Source of the DNA: Macrostomum lignano | Lineage: Eukaryota | Assembly (NCBI GenBank): GCA_002269645.1 | Contig: NIVC01003322.1 | Span: 5,995-69,994, forward strand | DNA length: 64,000 bases | Direction of reading: 5' to 3' | Part shown: piece after piece, positions 37,201 to 51,071 of the stretch | How the letters are laid out: the number at the start of each line of letters is the position of its first letter | How positions within the stretch are numbered: the first letter of the stretch is position 1 | Position numbers and translations under genes: made by a program | The notes under the pieces: generated by a model | Seen by the model: the letters and a program-made list of their open reading frames with translations, nothing else | What the model was told of the DNA's origin: nothing | Database searches by the model: none

Positions 37201-38948
37201 TGTTATGTTTTCACTCAAATGTTAAATGTGAAATAAGTGTGCACAGTGAAAACATGAGGTGATGCACAAATGTATGGTCATGTTAAATTTTAATCTCTTC
37301 ACTACTGACCTACGAGTATTATAACTAGTATTAAATGAATATGAATACAAAATTTAACTGCATTGTTCCAAACAAAACAAGGACATGAAAAGAAATGTAT
37401 AATTGATGGTCAAAAACCCTCAGAATTCTGGCACCCTGTCGTGGTCAAACAAGTTGTCATTTCCAGGGCTACTTCAACCCATTCCACAGCTGCCTCATCT
37501 TGGCTCTAATCAGTTTCTAGATCTATGCTTTCCGACTCTATTTATGACTAAAAAACCATTGACTCATCACTTGATAAAGTGTTTTCCGAATCAGAATCGA
37601 GTCCCAGTCTGCGCAAGGCATCACTTTTAGCTGTCCTTTTTGGGCACATAGAAGCCATTTGTGGGTAGGAAGGTTTGAACAGGAGCTAGCAGAAAAATGC
37701 TGTGGTAGGCCTATACTTTACTTCTGGGCTTCTAGGGTGTGTATTCAATTTAGAAAAAAAGGCAAATTTGTCTATGGACTGCTCTGCAGGCCTTTAGGAT
37801 TTTAAGCGATCTTACAGAACCAAGCTTGGGCGCAAAGTGGTTAATATGTTGCCTCAGCCCCTCTGGCATGCTATCCCTTAGCTTTAGTATTATAGGCCTA
37901 TGCTATACTATAAGGTGTAGTGCACTTGATGCACCAAATTTTTTTAAAGTGCACTAGATAGCTATCTATGAAAATGTCATTGTTTTCAATAAGGCTAGAA
38001 ATGCCAATGATATCAAATTTTACAAATGTTAAATTTTACCTATATTTAAAAATATGTATTATTTTTGGCAATTCCATGAGTTTGATATTGATAATCATAG
38101 GTTTTAGAATATAATGCTAAATTGTGATATGAAATGATTGCTCATAGGCTGCTAGTTTTTTGGTCTTTAAATAACAATTTTGCATCATAGTTTATGTAGA
38201 AAAGGTTTTTAAACTATAGTTTTATTTGGAAGCAAATGGGACATGTTTTAGTAGGTATAATAGTCATTGCCACAGAAACATGCCCATATAAAGACAAAAA
38301 AATGCTTTTGAATTCTTTTTAATTTTATCATAGATTATAGATAATATCCTAGACCAGCAATAACTTTAGGCTTTACTTATTTTGCTTTTAATTACTTACA
38401 AATAAATGCAAGAATATAAAGATTAGTTTAAAAACCTTGAATCAGCCAGAAGTAGCTAGTTGATAATTTTTAATTTTTAGTATAATAGAAGAAAAATGCT
38501 AATACAAACATAAATGTTTCAATAATCGATGTGTTTCATCAGAATATGACATAAACTAGCTTCTTTGTTATGGTATAAAGGTAGTTGCAAAAGCTGCTAG
38601 AATATATTATTAGATTGTAATTTAGTATTATGAATTTAGGTAAGGTAATAAAGCGGCTAGGTTAAATTTTGTATAAAATTTGCAATATCCCTGATATGTG
38701 TCATAACAGATTAGCCATTTTTTTGGCATTCCAAATTTAGACATAGGACCAGCTTTAATACCTCCTAATCATTGTCAATATGCTTAGATCTTTAGTTTTC
38801 TTTCTTAATTTGCATTTATTTGATTTGTATTGTATTGACTGATGTTTTTTTTGTCTAAACTAGATACTATACACATTACTGTGTTAGTAGTTTTTGAGCC
38901 TAATAAAATTTCAAATTTGGTAATCTATTTGTGATCAAACATTGGTTT

Positions 38949-41900
38949 ATGGATATCAATAGTCGCAATTTGGTGTGTGGCTTTGCACCTTACCTGTCTG
39001 AGGCTAGCACGCCAACAAAGCCTGAGCAATCCCATGAGTCCCCGCCATCTGCTTTATTGGCAACCAGTCCATCATTGTCATGCGCAGATGAGCCTGACCT
39101 TCTAGATCCTGACTGCAGTCCTGGCAGGCGCATTCGTTGGACTGTCACTTGTGGCCAGTGTGGACAGGTCCGACCCACTCTAGTTATGCCATGTGGCCAT
39201 CACTACTGCACTGGGTAAGGATTCTTATTTTTGTTGTGTTCCGGCTTTCAACTCAGATTTTAGATGAAAATCGGTTTTTTTCAGATCCCTATCAAAATCC
39301 CATTCCCCAGATCCCCATCAGAATCCCCATTCCCCAGATCCCCATCAGAATCCCCATTCCCCAGATCCCCATCAGAATCCCCATTCCCAGATCCCTATCA
39401 AAATCCCCATCCCCCAGATCCCCATTGAAATCCCCATTCCCCAGATGCCCATCGAAATCCCTAATTTCTATATTCTTATCAGAATCCCTATTTATTGTAT
39501 GCTTTGCACGACACGCGTTAGTTTCTAAGAACTTCTTTAAATTTATTTCTTACCAACGGGAAATGAGCAAGTTAAGCTACTAACAGTAGGCAAAGAGTTT
39601 ATTTTGAATTAATTGACAAGTTCCAACCGAAATTATTATAAAAAAAATAAATCAAACCCGAAACAGCTGCCTGCAGCAGGGCAAAGCGGCTCAGCTAGGC
39701 GCAGACAGTAGTGGCTCGGTGTCCGCAGTCCGCTGCCGTCGCTGCTCGGTCTCTTCTGGTGGCAGCCACGCGCCAGTGTCAAGTCTATTGGAAAATTTCG
39801 CGGCCAAACGTTATCTAGCAGGCTATGCTAACCAGGCTGCCCATTTGTCGCCTGTTGTTAGCGAGGCGTCAAAGCCAATTGACGATGTTGAAGCTGGTCG
39901 TCTGGCCGCCGCTGGTCTCGCTGCAGCCAATCGGCACCGTCTGCTCATGGATTATCGAGACCGTCTGCTGCCACAGTTGGAGGCTTCGCTGACAGCCGCC
40001 ACGACCCAGGCTGCTGCTTCTATTGAACGCTGTCGATTGGACTACCTGAGGTGGGCCAAATTTTAGTATAACTGTATTCAAAATACTTTGCGTAATTTGG
40101 CTTTTCTCACAATATCTTCCGAATGCGCTGAAGACTGGAAGAAAGGCAGATAGATCAGACTGACTGACAGGTTGATACAGACCGACTGACAGGTAGATAC
40201 AGACTGACTGACAGGTAGATACAGACTGACTGACAGGTAGATACAGACTGACTGACAGGAAGATACAGACTGACTGACAGGTAGATACAGACCGACTGAC
40301 AGGTTGATACAGACTGACTGACAGGTAGATACAGACTGACTGACAGGTAGATACAAACAGATGGATTCCGCCCACTGCCCCACAGGGAGGTGGAAAACCG
40401 TCGCGCTGAGCTGCTGACAGAGTTGGCCAGCTGTAGTGCCACACTGGCTAGCGAAGTTTCATCGACAAGGCGGCATCTGATGGCCGATCGGGAGGCGCTT
40501 TCCCGCCTGTTGGCTCTGGTGAAAGCGCATTTAACTGTCGGGGCTAATCCGTCTGAATTGGCTATGCTACTGACCACTGTTGAAGGAAAACTGGACGAGG
40601 TAAGTATTTTTGTGTTTTAATATCTATTCTATTCTATCTGTAAAGATCCGCATTAGAATCTCTCATATTCTTGATCCTCTAGATCCTCGCCAGTAGTTCC
40701 CCAGATCTTCATAGAAATCCCCATTCCCAGATCCCTAACCGAATCCCCATTCCCAGATCCCCAACCGAATCCCCATTCCCAGATCCCTAACCGAATCCCC
40801 ATTCCCAGATCCCCAACCGAATCCCCATTCCCAGATCCCTAACCGAATCCCCATTCCCAGATCCCCAACCGAATCCCCATTCCCAGATCCCTAACCGAAT
40901 CCCCATTCCCAGATCCCTAACCGAATCCCCATTCCCAGATCCCCAACCGAATCCCCATTCCCAGATCCCTAACCGAATCCCCATTCCCAGATCCCTAACC
41001 GAATCCCCATTCCCAGATCCCCAACCGAATCCCCATTCCCAGATCCCTAACCGAATCCCCATTCCCAGATCCCTAACCGAATCCCCATTCCCAGATCCCC
41101 AACCGAATCCCCATTCCCAGATCCCTAACCGAATCCCCATTCCCAGATCCCTAACCGAATCTCCATTCCCAGATCCCTAACCGAATCCCCATTCCCAGAT
41201 CCCCAACCGAATCTCCATTCCCAGATTCTCATCCGAATCTCCATTCCCAGATTCTCATCCGAATCCCCATTGCCAGATCCCTAACCGAATCCCCATTCCC
41301 AGATCCCCAACCGAATCCCCATTCCCAGATCCCCAACCGAATCCCCATTCCCAGCCCCAACCGAATCCCCATTCCCAGATCCCCAACCGAATCCCATTCC
41401 CAGATCCCCAACCGAATCCCCATTCCCAGATCCCTAACCGAATCCCCATTCCCAGATCCCCATACAAACCTTATTCCCAGATCCTCATCCGAATCCCCAT
41501 TGCCAGATCCAAGTCCCCGTTGTCAGGATCCTCAATAAAAGACCCTATTCCCTTTAATACTGATATCTTGAATCCATTGAATCCCTATTTAACTTAAGAA
41601 TGCTTAGATTCCTAAAATTGGCTAATGCAGATAATTATTGCTGATTTACCCACTCCGCACCGCAGGTCCTGAACCGCCGCTATCCGCTGTTACATCGCGA
41701 CCCTGCCGACTGTCTTCGCTATGTACAACCAATGCCCGTAGCTGCCAATGCCCATTTATTAATGGGTGCTATTGTTTACAATCGTCAGATGTCTAAGCTT
41801 CGTCAGCAGCAGCCTTCAACTGGCAGTAATAATAATAATTATAATTCTCACGCTGCCAGCACAGTTGGCGATAAGAACAACAACAACACCAATGTTCAGA

Positions 41901-44900
41901 GCTTCAATTTAAATCGTCGGCAAAGTATGCCTTGCACTTTTAATAAAGAGAATCGCCAGCCAGTTCAGGTTGACTTTCCAAATCGAACTTGTCCCTCGAC
42001 TGCTCAGCCGACTTTGAAAATATTGCGTCTAAAGTCACTACTGTGAGTAGCGTGGTGTGTTCTTTTACTTTTTTCAACGGTAAAGAGAAATTTAACAGAT
42101 CCCCATTGAAAACTCAATCCCCATTCCCTAGATCCCATCAAAATCCCACTCGCATGATCCCATGGGAAACACCATTCTCCAGATCCAGACCGGAATCCCC
42201 AATCTTTTGATCCCCGTCAATATCCCCATCGGAATCATCATTCCTCAAATCCCCATCGAAATCAACAGTACCCAGATCCCCATGGCAATCCCCATTCCCT
42301 AGATCCCATCAAAATCCCACTCGCATGATCCCATGGGAAACACCATTCTCCAGATCCAGACCGGAATCCCCAATCTTTTGATCCCCGTCAATATCCCCAT
42401 CGGAATCATCATTCCTCAAATCCCCATCGAAATCAACAGTACCCAGATCCCCATGGCAATCCCCATTCCCCAGATCCCATCAAAATCCCACTCGCATGAT
42501 CCCATGAGAAACACCATTCCCCAGATCCAGACCGGAATCCCCAATCTTTTGATCCCCGTCAATATCCCCATCGGAATCATCATTCCTCAAATCCCCATCG
42601 AAATCAACAGTACCCAGATCCCCATGGCAATCCCCATTCCCCAGATCCCATCAAAATCCCACTCGCATGATCCCATGGGAAACACCATTCCTCTACCTGA
42701 AACTTCAGCAAACTGGACACTACCGGGAATCGTCGAACGTCTTGTTTAGCGGTTTCATCGTCAGGCGATATTCTAGTTGCTGACGGACTGGGCGGCTGCG
42801 TTCAAGCGTTCAAATTGAGTACCGGCTGTCAGGCCTATTGCCTAGGCGGTGGCGGCGGTGCCAGGTGTCAACAAGATCAGCTGAAGTGTCCGGAGCTGGT
42901 AAAAAGCAACCGCTCTGTTTAAAGTATCTTAATGCAATGTTTTCACATTTTCACTATCGCCTTCAAAATCTCCCTCTGCATACAATCCCTCCAAAACTGC
43001 CTCCCTCTGCATACAATCCCTCCAAAACTGCCTCCCTCTGCATACAATCCCTTCAAAATCTCCCTCTGCATCCAATGCCTTCAAAATCTCCCTCTGCATA
43101 CAATGCCTTCAAAATCTCCCTCTGCATACAATGCCTTCAAAATCTCCCTCTGCATACAATGCCTTCAAAACTGCCTTCCTCTGCATACAATGCCTTCAAA
43201 ACTGCCTTCCTCTGCATCCAATGCCTTCAAAACTGCCTTCCTCTGCATCCAATGCCTTCAAAATCTCCCTCTGCATACAATGCCTTCAAAACTGCCTTCC
43301 TCTGCATACAATGCCTTCAAAACTGCCTTCCTCTGCATACAATGCCTTCAAAACTGCCTTCCTCTGCATACAATGCCTTCAAAATCTCCCTCTGCATACA
43401 ATGCCTTCAAAACTGCCTTCCTCTGCATCCAATGCCTTCAAAATCTCCCTCTGCATACAATGCCTTCAAAACTGCCTTCCTCTGCATACAATGCCTTCAA
43501 AACTGCCTTCCTCTGCATCCAATGCCTTCAAAATCTCCCTCTGCATACAATGCCTTCAAAATCTCCCTCTGCATACAATGCCCTCAAAATCACTATCATC
43601 CCTATCGCCCGCTTCAGGTGGCTGTACACCGCGCCACAGGCAACATAGTAATATGCGACACCGATCAGGCTTCAATTCGATTATTATTGTACGCCTTTGG
43701 CGGCCGCACCCAACTGAAAGTGTTCGGCGCCGATGCCGAACTGCGAGCGCCCCGGGCTCTGTGCTTTGACAAAGACGGTCGCGTCCTGGTGCTGGACGGG
43801 CGCAGCAAGAGGCGCAGTCTTGGTATTAGGGATCAGGATGCTAAACAGTTCCGTGCTGTATTGTTCAATCCTGGCTGCCAGTTGCTAACCAATTTCATCT
43901 GCGCTCAACTTTTCGAACCTACTGGCGTTGCGGTTGACGCGGTCTATCGACTCTACGTTAGCGACTACTGCGGCGGCTGCGTTATGGTATGCTTGATTAT
44001 TTGTTTTCTGTTTTTCTGCAGCTTGATATCTGTACAGTTTGGCTCCAGCTTGATATCTGTACAGCTTAGTCCAAACTTGATATCTGTACAGCTTAGTCCA
44101 AACTTGATATCTGTACAGTTTGGCGCCAGCTGGATATCTGTACAGTTTGGCTCCAGCTGGATATCTGTACAGTTTGGCGCCAGCTGGATATCTGTACAGT
44201 TTGGCTCCAGCTGGATATCTGTACAGTTTGGCGCCAGCTGGATATCTGTACAGTTTGGCTCCAGCTGGATATCTGTACAGTTTGGCGCCAAATTGATATC
44301 TGTACAGCTTAGATCCAGCTGGATATCTGTACAGTTTGGCTCCAGACTGATATCTGTACAGTGTGACTCCAGACTGATATCTGTACAGTTTGGCTCCAGA
44401 CTGATATCTGTACAGTTTGGCTCCAGACTGATATCTGTACAGTTTGGCTCCAGACTGATTTCTGTACAGTTTGGCTCCAGACTGATTTCTGTACAGTTTG
44501 GCTCCAGACTGATATCTGTACAGTTTGGCTCCAGACTGATATCTGTACAGTTTAGCTCCAGCTGGATATCTGTACAGTTTGGCTCCAGACTGATATCTGT
44601 ACAGTTTGGCTCCAGACTGATATCTGTACAGTTTAGCTCCAGCTGGATATCTGTACAGTTTGGCTCCATCTTGATATCTGTACAGTTTGGCTCCAGCTTG
44701 ATATCTGTACAGTTTGGCTCCAGCTTGATATCTGTACAGCCTAGATCCAGCTAGATATCTGTACAGTTTGGCTCCAGCTTGATATCTGTACAGTTTGGCT
44801 CCAGCTTGATATCTGTACATCTTGGCTCCAGCTTGATATCTGTACAGTTTGGCTCCAGCTAGAAATCTGTACATCTTGGCTCCAGCTTGATGACTGTACA

Positions 44901-45446
44901 GCTTGGTCCGAACTTTATATCTGTACAGGTTATCTCCAACTTGATATCTGTACAGCTTGGCTCCAGCTAGATGTCTAGCTTACATTTGTGGCTTTTAACA
45001 CTTGAAAAAATTCATTAACATGCACTAAATGGGCTACGGCTATGCGAGTATAATTGATTTTCATACTAATTATATCATTATCTACGCAATCCCTTCAGGT
45101 GTACAATTACATTGGCGATCTGTTATCTAAGCTAGGCGGTCCTGGCATCACCGATCAGCCTTGCGGTGTTGCAGTTCGTCACACGGACGGCGCCATTGTT
45201 GTTGTCGGCTCGGCCGTTCTAAAGCGCCCTACCAGTTCATCCACCGCCGGCTGTTATTGCGCTATTCTGACTGTCCTAGCAGCAGACAGCGCGCCGTCAA
45301 TCGGAGTTACCGCCGGCGCCCTGCTGAAATCCATAGAGCTGGAGCTTGGCACGTTCTGCAAGTGTCGGAAATTTGCTCTGAGCGAGTCCGGCCACTTGGC
45401 TCTACTAGGCGGTCAGAACTCTGTCTATGTTTATTCGCTTGCTTAA
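38949..45446 (+). CDS. RING - coiled coil - NHL repeat protein (TRIM-NHL-like E3 ligase), 7 exons, about 715 aa
   Basis: Exons 38949-39214, 39667-40050, 40386-40599, 41666-42042, 42709-42898, 43618-43986, 45099-45446; all GT-AG and phase-compatible (2148 nt). RING CGQC..PCGHHYCTG|CL..CRRC is split by intron 1. NHL repeats GDILVAD, VAVHRATGNIVICD, APRALCFDKDGRVLVLD, EPTGVAVDAVYRLYVSD, QPCGVAV. The start codon is tentative. Confidence 0.85.
39283..39450. repeat. 27-bp tandem repeat in intron 1
   Basis: Unit ccccattccccagatccccatcagaat. Confidence 0.85.
40155..40360. repeat. 22-bp tandem repeat in intron 2
   Basis: Unit tgactgacaggtagatacagac. Confidence 0.9.
40710..41510. repeat. 26-bp tandem repeat in intron 3
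   Basis: Unit ccccattcccagatccc(t/c)aaccgaat. Confidence 0.95.
42095..42690. repeat. 171-bp tandem repeat (about 3 copies) in intron 4
   Basis: catgggaaacaccatt recurs with ATG at 42162, 42333, 42504 and 42675 (period 171). Confidence 0.9.
42960..43590. repeat. 28/31-bp tandem repeat in intron 5
   Basis: Units aaaatctccctctgcatacaatgccttc and aaaactgccttcctctgcatacaatgccttc are interspersed. Confidence 0.95.
44020..44980. repeat. 27-bp tandem repeat in intron 6
   Basis: Unit tgatatctgtacagtttggctccagac. Confidence 0.95.
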
Positions 45447-45504
45447 CTGGCGTGTGTTGGACTAGTCTGACTGACTTTTCTTACTATTCATATTTTGCCC
45501 CTTC

Positions 45505-46445
45505 TTATCTCAGTTACTGGGCCACCCATCCTCCCAGATCCTTAGTTGCTGTGCCAGCCTCCCAGATCCTCAGTTGCTGGGCCAGCCTCACAGATCCTCA
45601 GTTGCTGGGCCAGCCTCCCAGATCCTCAGTTGCTGGGCCAGCCTCCCAGATCCTCAGTTGCTGGGCCAGCCTCCCAGATCCTCAGTTGGTGGGCCAGCCT
45701 CCCAGAGTGTCAGTTGCTGTGCCAGCCTCCCAGATCCTCAGTTGCTGGGCCAGCCTCCCAGATCCTCAGTTGCTGGGCCAGCCTCCCAGATCCTCAGTTG
45801 CTGGGCCAGCCTCCCAGATCCTCAGTTGGTGGGCCAGCCTCCCAGAGTGTCAGTTGCTGTGCCAGCCTCCCAGATCCTCAGTTGCTGGGCCAGCCTCACA
45901 GATCCTCAGTTGCTGGGCCAGCCTCCCAGATCCTCAGTTGCTGGGCCAGCCTCCCAGATCCTCAGTTGCTGGGCCAGCCTCCCAGATCCTCAGTTGGTGG
46001 GCCAGCCTCCCAGAGTGTCAGTTGCTGGGCCAGCCTCACAGATCCTCAGTTGCTGGGCCAGCCTCCCAGATCCTCAGTTGCTGGGCCAGCCTCCCAGATT
46101 CTCTCAGTTGCTGGGCCAGCCTCCCAGATCCTCAGTTGGTGGGCCAGCCTCCCAGAGTGTCAGTTGCTGGGCCAGCCTCCCAGATCCTCAGTTGCTGTGC
46201 CACCAATCCTTACAGATCACCTAGTTAATGGGCCAACCTCCCAGATCCTCAGTTGCTGGGCCAGCCTCCCAGATCCTTAGTTGCTTGGCCAGCCTCCCAG
46301 ATCCTCAAGTAACTGGGCCAGCCTCCCAGATCCCCAGTTTCTGGGCCAGCCTCCCAGATCCCCAGTTGGTGGGCCAGCCTCTTAGATCCCCAGTTGGTGG
46401 GCCAGCCTCCCAGATCATCAGTTGCTAAACCAGACCCCCAGATCT
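45505..46445. repeat. 28-bp tandem repeat just downstream of the NHL gene stop
   Basis: Unit ctcagttgctgggccagcctcccagatc. Confidence 0.95.
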
Positions 46446-48179
46446 TTAAAAATGGTAAACTTTTTTTCCTAAAGAAACATTTAAGAAAACGATCCTCCGA
46501 TGTCCATGGCCTTTAACAAGGTCATTGCTCTGCTTAACTCCCGCACAAATATTTTTGTCCATGCGCTTACCTGAGCGTGCACGAGTAACAAGAGCGCAAC
46601 TGGGTTGAACAGCTGACTGCATGTATGCTGCAGTCGATTTTATTTTGCTATTTTTACCAACTTTTGGATCGAAAAAATATTTATATATTGTTCTCATTTA
46701 GCCTATGCTTTTATTTATATAATTTTGCTTATCTATTTATTATTTTATATTCATTAGCTGCTTTTCCTGTAAATTTTGCTGCAGCAATACAGCTGAATTA
46801 AGTTGGTGCTTTAATCTCGTTTGGTTGCTATTGTTTTCAGGAAAGTTTACTCTCTTGTTTATTCGCATTTTTAAAAAAGTTGCTATCGCTTATTTTCCTA
46901 TTAACTGCTAACCGCTTCTTTGTGCCATTTTTGCGACTGCTTTTATCATTTCTTAAGGCTTTCTTTTCTTAGGTTTGTCATTTCAGTGATGCTTGATCCG
47001 ATGAAAACCGTAAATGAAAGACGTGTTCTGGGGTCACTTGCGCGGTCTCTGAGTCGTTTCAAAATAGTTGCAGATGACACAGGTAGAATAGGAAATGAGA
47101 GACTGAGATGAAAGGCAGATTGTGGCAAGGACCGTTTTTGTAAGCACTTTTGTCATTTGTATTTATAAAAAAACTGATTTTAGACTAAGCAATTACTTTT
47201 GTTTTTATCAGCCATTTTATCGATTTGCAGTTGAACACGCAGTGACTTCATTGTGCAATATTTGACGTTTTTATATTTTTTATTATTGTTAAACCTAAAT
47301 ATCAATTAATTGTGCAATTTGATTTTTAGCATTCTTTATCTTCCAGCTTGCTGTTTTCTTCAGTAGTTGCTTAATTTGCTTTTTCTTGCGACTATATTTA
47401 TGCTTTTATTATTTCTATTGCTTTTATAGTAATTTTCATTATCATGCACATCACACATTTAGACAATGGTATACTTTCTGTAGCTTAATTTTTCCAAACC
47501 TTTTTGTCATCTCTTTGATTTGTTTGTGATTGCTTTTGTTGAATTAGCGGCTCAATAAATACGTGTGGCTACGAACGCTACACAATAGTTTGTTTGTTTG
47601 CATTTTTTATTTGACAACTTTTTTAATTAAAGAAAGTTTCGTTCCAAAAATCAACGTGTATTCGATTCAGTCTTGCAAGTCTGTTAAATTTCGAACTAAC
47701 AGTGAGCAGTGGGAACGAAAAAGAGGGTACATTTTAAAATATTTGTCTATGCTAAAACCTGCCACGCCAACTCGAGATACAGTTGGTCTAAACTTTTGTA
47801 CTTTTGTAAGATTATTAAGGTTAGCGTGTGGTTTAGTCCTGGGTGCTTTGAACTGTTGATTGTAGGAACAAAGTCCAGTTAAGCTACTTAGTTTAGTAGC
47901 ATAAATGTATATCGTGCTCCCAATTTTATTAGTAGAGTAAAAGAAAAGAGATAGAGTAGGAAGTGATTATTATAGAAAAATATTTGTGAATATTGCTTGC
48001 TTACTTATTGTTATGTAGTTGCTCCCTTCCTTCAGCTGTGCGTCCCTGGACTTATAATATTGTCCTACACAATTTCTACATTGTAAACATTTAGCATCAC
48101 ATTGCACTGGAATGTTAGAGAGAGGTTCGCTACGCTAAAGAGTGCCAATATTTGATCACTTGGTCTCTTAGGGCTTCGA

Positions 48180-48991
48180 TCAGTCCGAAAAGAAGCCAAA
48201 AGCTTCAATTTCACAGATGCAAAGGGCTGCAAACTGCCGATTCAGAATTCGAACTCGACTGCCAAGTTGCCAGCAGCTGAGGTTGGTCACCGAGAATGGG
48301 ATGGCGATGTTCATGTCGTAGCACACAACTCCGTCAACCAGCAGCTGGAAGTTGTTCAGCCGATCTGCACAGCAGTCCTGCCTGTTGTAGATGGTGACGG
48401 ATGCGACCATGGACTGCTGAGGCAGCTGGCCCTCCCACCAAATCGGAACTGTAAGGTCTGTGTGGCTGCAAGATCCCTTGAAATAATTTTGACGCTTGTC
48501 CCCATCGATAGCCCGGCTGCAAACTCCTCCAGATGAATTTCCACTTTGGCTGCATCCGGTGAATGGAAGCTGTTGAATTGTTGAATCTAAAATTTATTAG
48601 CATGGTTAAGGAGCTGTCCGCGAGGCGACTACTGATTCGAAACTGATTCATCTGCATGAACTCTCCTTCACTCACTGACTATAGAAGCGTAAATATCGCA
48701 ACGCTCTGTCGTGAGCATTGTCCACGAGTCGCGGTTAAAGTAGGCGGACACCGTGAAAAGTCGACAGTCTTCTTTAGCAGAGTTGACCCAGCAGATGCCA
48801 AAGCAGCCAGGTTTTGTTGAGCATAGTCCAGAGCAGTAAATCCTACTGCTCGTCTTGTGGGAAGCAAAGCTTACTGGCGAGGAGCTGCTCCCGCTTGAGT
48901 CCAGTCGAAAATCTCCAATCTTCGTATCGGCCTCGGAGTCAGCGATGGCGAAGGCTTGCACGAGCAGGAATGTCAGCAGTTTTGAGCTCAT
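48180..48991 (-). CDS. Secreted PAN/apple-like + F-type lectin (fucolectin/FTP, F5/8-type C fold) protein, 2 exons, 240 aa
   Basis: Exons 48991-48676 and 48586-48180 (89-bp GT-AG intron). Signal peptide MSSKLLTFLLVQAFAIA; PAN-like C-x3-C-x5-C (YCSGLCSTKPGCFG); F-lectin motifs RAIDG, SCSHT, WW, IYNRQDCCADRL, LCICEIEAF. Confidence 0.9.
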
Positions 48992-50260
48992 CCTGATAGC
49001 TACAAGTAGTTTCCAGTTTCCAATTTGAAAGTTTTGCTCAGGCAGTTTTGGATTTTGTAATCTGCTTTTCTGGCTCTAACGAGACTGGGGTTGGCAATGC
49101 TGGCGGCGGTTTCTACCCAATTATTTATCCTCCTATCCCCCTTGAAGTCGCCACTGTCAGTTCCTGTGTCCCTATACTTGCATGTGTCTGCCACATAGTT
49201 TTGCTATACCAATTAACCGCATGCAGTCTGTCCATTCAACTGCACCCTGCATACAGTGCATCATTAAAAGTTTTTTTTTAAAACTGTGCCTGTATTACCC
49301 ACACTCAAGAGGTTGATGGCATAGCAACACAGCTACTGAGAACTATTTATTGGGACAACTATGAGACATGCACTGCAGTATATGCTGCTTGTGCCTTCCT
49401 AGTCTTGCGCGCGTCATTATCTAAGGCAGCTGAGCATGAATGGGTTGTTATGCTCGGATAATTTAAAAAAGAAATGTATTTAACGTGCATTTAAATTTGC
49501 TATATTTCAATTATAAGTACCTCGTATTAGTACTGCAACATTTGCAATAATATGCTATATATTAAAGTCTTACGTCTGTATAAATTTTTTAAACTTAATG
49601 AGTTGCTGATCACTGGCTGAACTTGGATACTGTTGTGTATTGCAAAGGCATGCAATGCGAAGGGATAGTTCGGGGACAGGGTTTCTAGAAACTTCCACAG
49701 CAGGACTTGTTTACGCATTGTTCCAGAAGTTTCCTCTCCCGGTCTTTCTAGAACTTTCCTTCCCCGCGTGCATAAATATACGAGCCGCCCTCCTATTGGC
49801 CAACAGAACAGATACTACTATTGAGGTTTTAAGTAGTAGTAGTACATCTCATCATATACATGTAATGCATTTTCTACAGGTAAGTGCAACCAGATATCAT
49901 CGATGATCTGAACTCAAGACTGAGTACTGATGTACTCATCAAAACACACTCAAAGCTTAACGTAGCTGTCAATCATACAATATTAGTTTGAAAAAAGGAA
50001 CCATCCAATCCATTAATATACAGAATCTGTGTAGATAACCACGTGTAAATGCGTAGTGGAAGCCGATCTGACTAAAAGAAAAAAAATTCTACTCAAAAAA
50101 TTTGCCTGCATAATCCTCACTCGCTACTTATTAGTAGCTATAGCAACAGCTCATGCGATGAATTTTTATTTTAAAAAAACTAAATATGTGGCATAATTAT
50201 AGATTTATTTCTCACCAAGATCTAATTAACCTGCTGGTGGCAGCCCCGCGGGACTGTCCC

Positions 50261-50380
50261 TCCACAGGCTTCTGCTTGAACTCAACCGCCAGGGACATCG
50301 GGGTTAGCGACAATGACCCTCATCTCATCTGTGAATGCCCCGTCTTTACTCAGTACAAGCTCACCTACCTCGGCCCGAAC
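50261..50380 (+). mobile_element. Possible remnant of a LINE ORF2 C-terminal CCHC zinc motif
   Basis: Reads ...PHLICECPVFTQYKLTYLG, resembling the H.LC.CP...R...LG motif of non-LTR elements. Short and isolated. Confidence 0.4.
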
Positions 50381-51071
50381 TTTTCCCGTTTTCAGGCCCA
50401 AAAATCCTTTGATCGCTCGCTCCAGGGGCGTCGCCACTCAAGGGAAATGGGGGGGGGCATGTCCCCCTGTAAAAGCTAGAGGGGGACATTCCAATGCTTT
50501 GTCCCCCCCCCCATCCAACCTTGTGACGCATTGTGGGAATCAATAATTTTGCTTCAGGGCCACAAAATATAGCGCTTGCGGCGCCGAAATGAGAGTGTCT
50601 GCGGTGCCCAAATGAATGTCTGCCCGCGGTGCCAAAATGAGTGTCTGCCTGCGTCTCTTGTCCCCTCACCATGCATAAAGTCCACCTACCTAAGGGCTAC
50701 CGGCATCTCACTGCGCGACTGCAACAGTATATACCGGTATAGCTGCTTGTTATGGTCGAGACAAGCAAGAATTCAAGTAAGAATAGTCGTTTGAATATTT
50801 CCATTTACTACATAGATTGGCTAGCATGCGTTCGTGTGCTTCCTTATTTGGTACAACTATTTTGTGGGAAATAAATTCTGTTGCAATCTTTGCTGATTTT
50901 GGCATGAGACAAGCACACAATGGGGCCGGGCTAGCTAGGGTGCATGCGGTTTGTTTTCTGTAGTTTAAACGTTATTGATGTATCAAAATACAGTGTAGTG
51001 TGTGCACTGCAGCACTGATTCATTGCTATAGCCCACTACAAGTGTAATTGATATCTTTATTATTTGTAGTA

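Noticed and set aside
49865-49886. ttttctacag|gtaagt, resembling a recursive splice site
   Set aside because: Not inside any intron I can define; may be an ordinary donor or chance.
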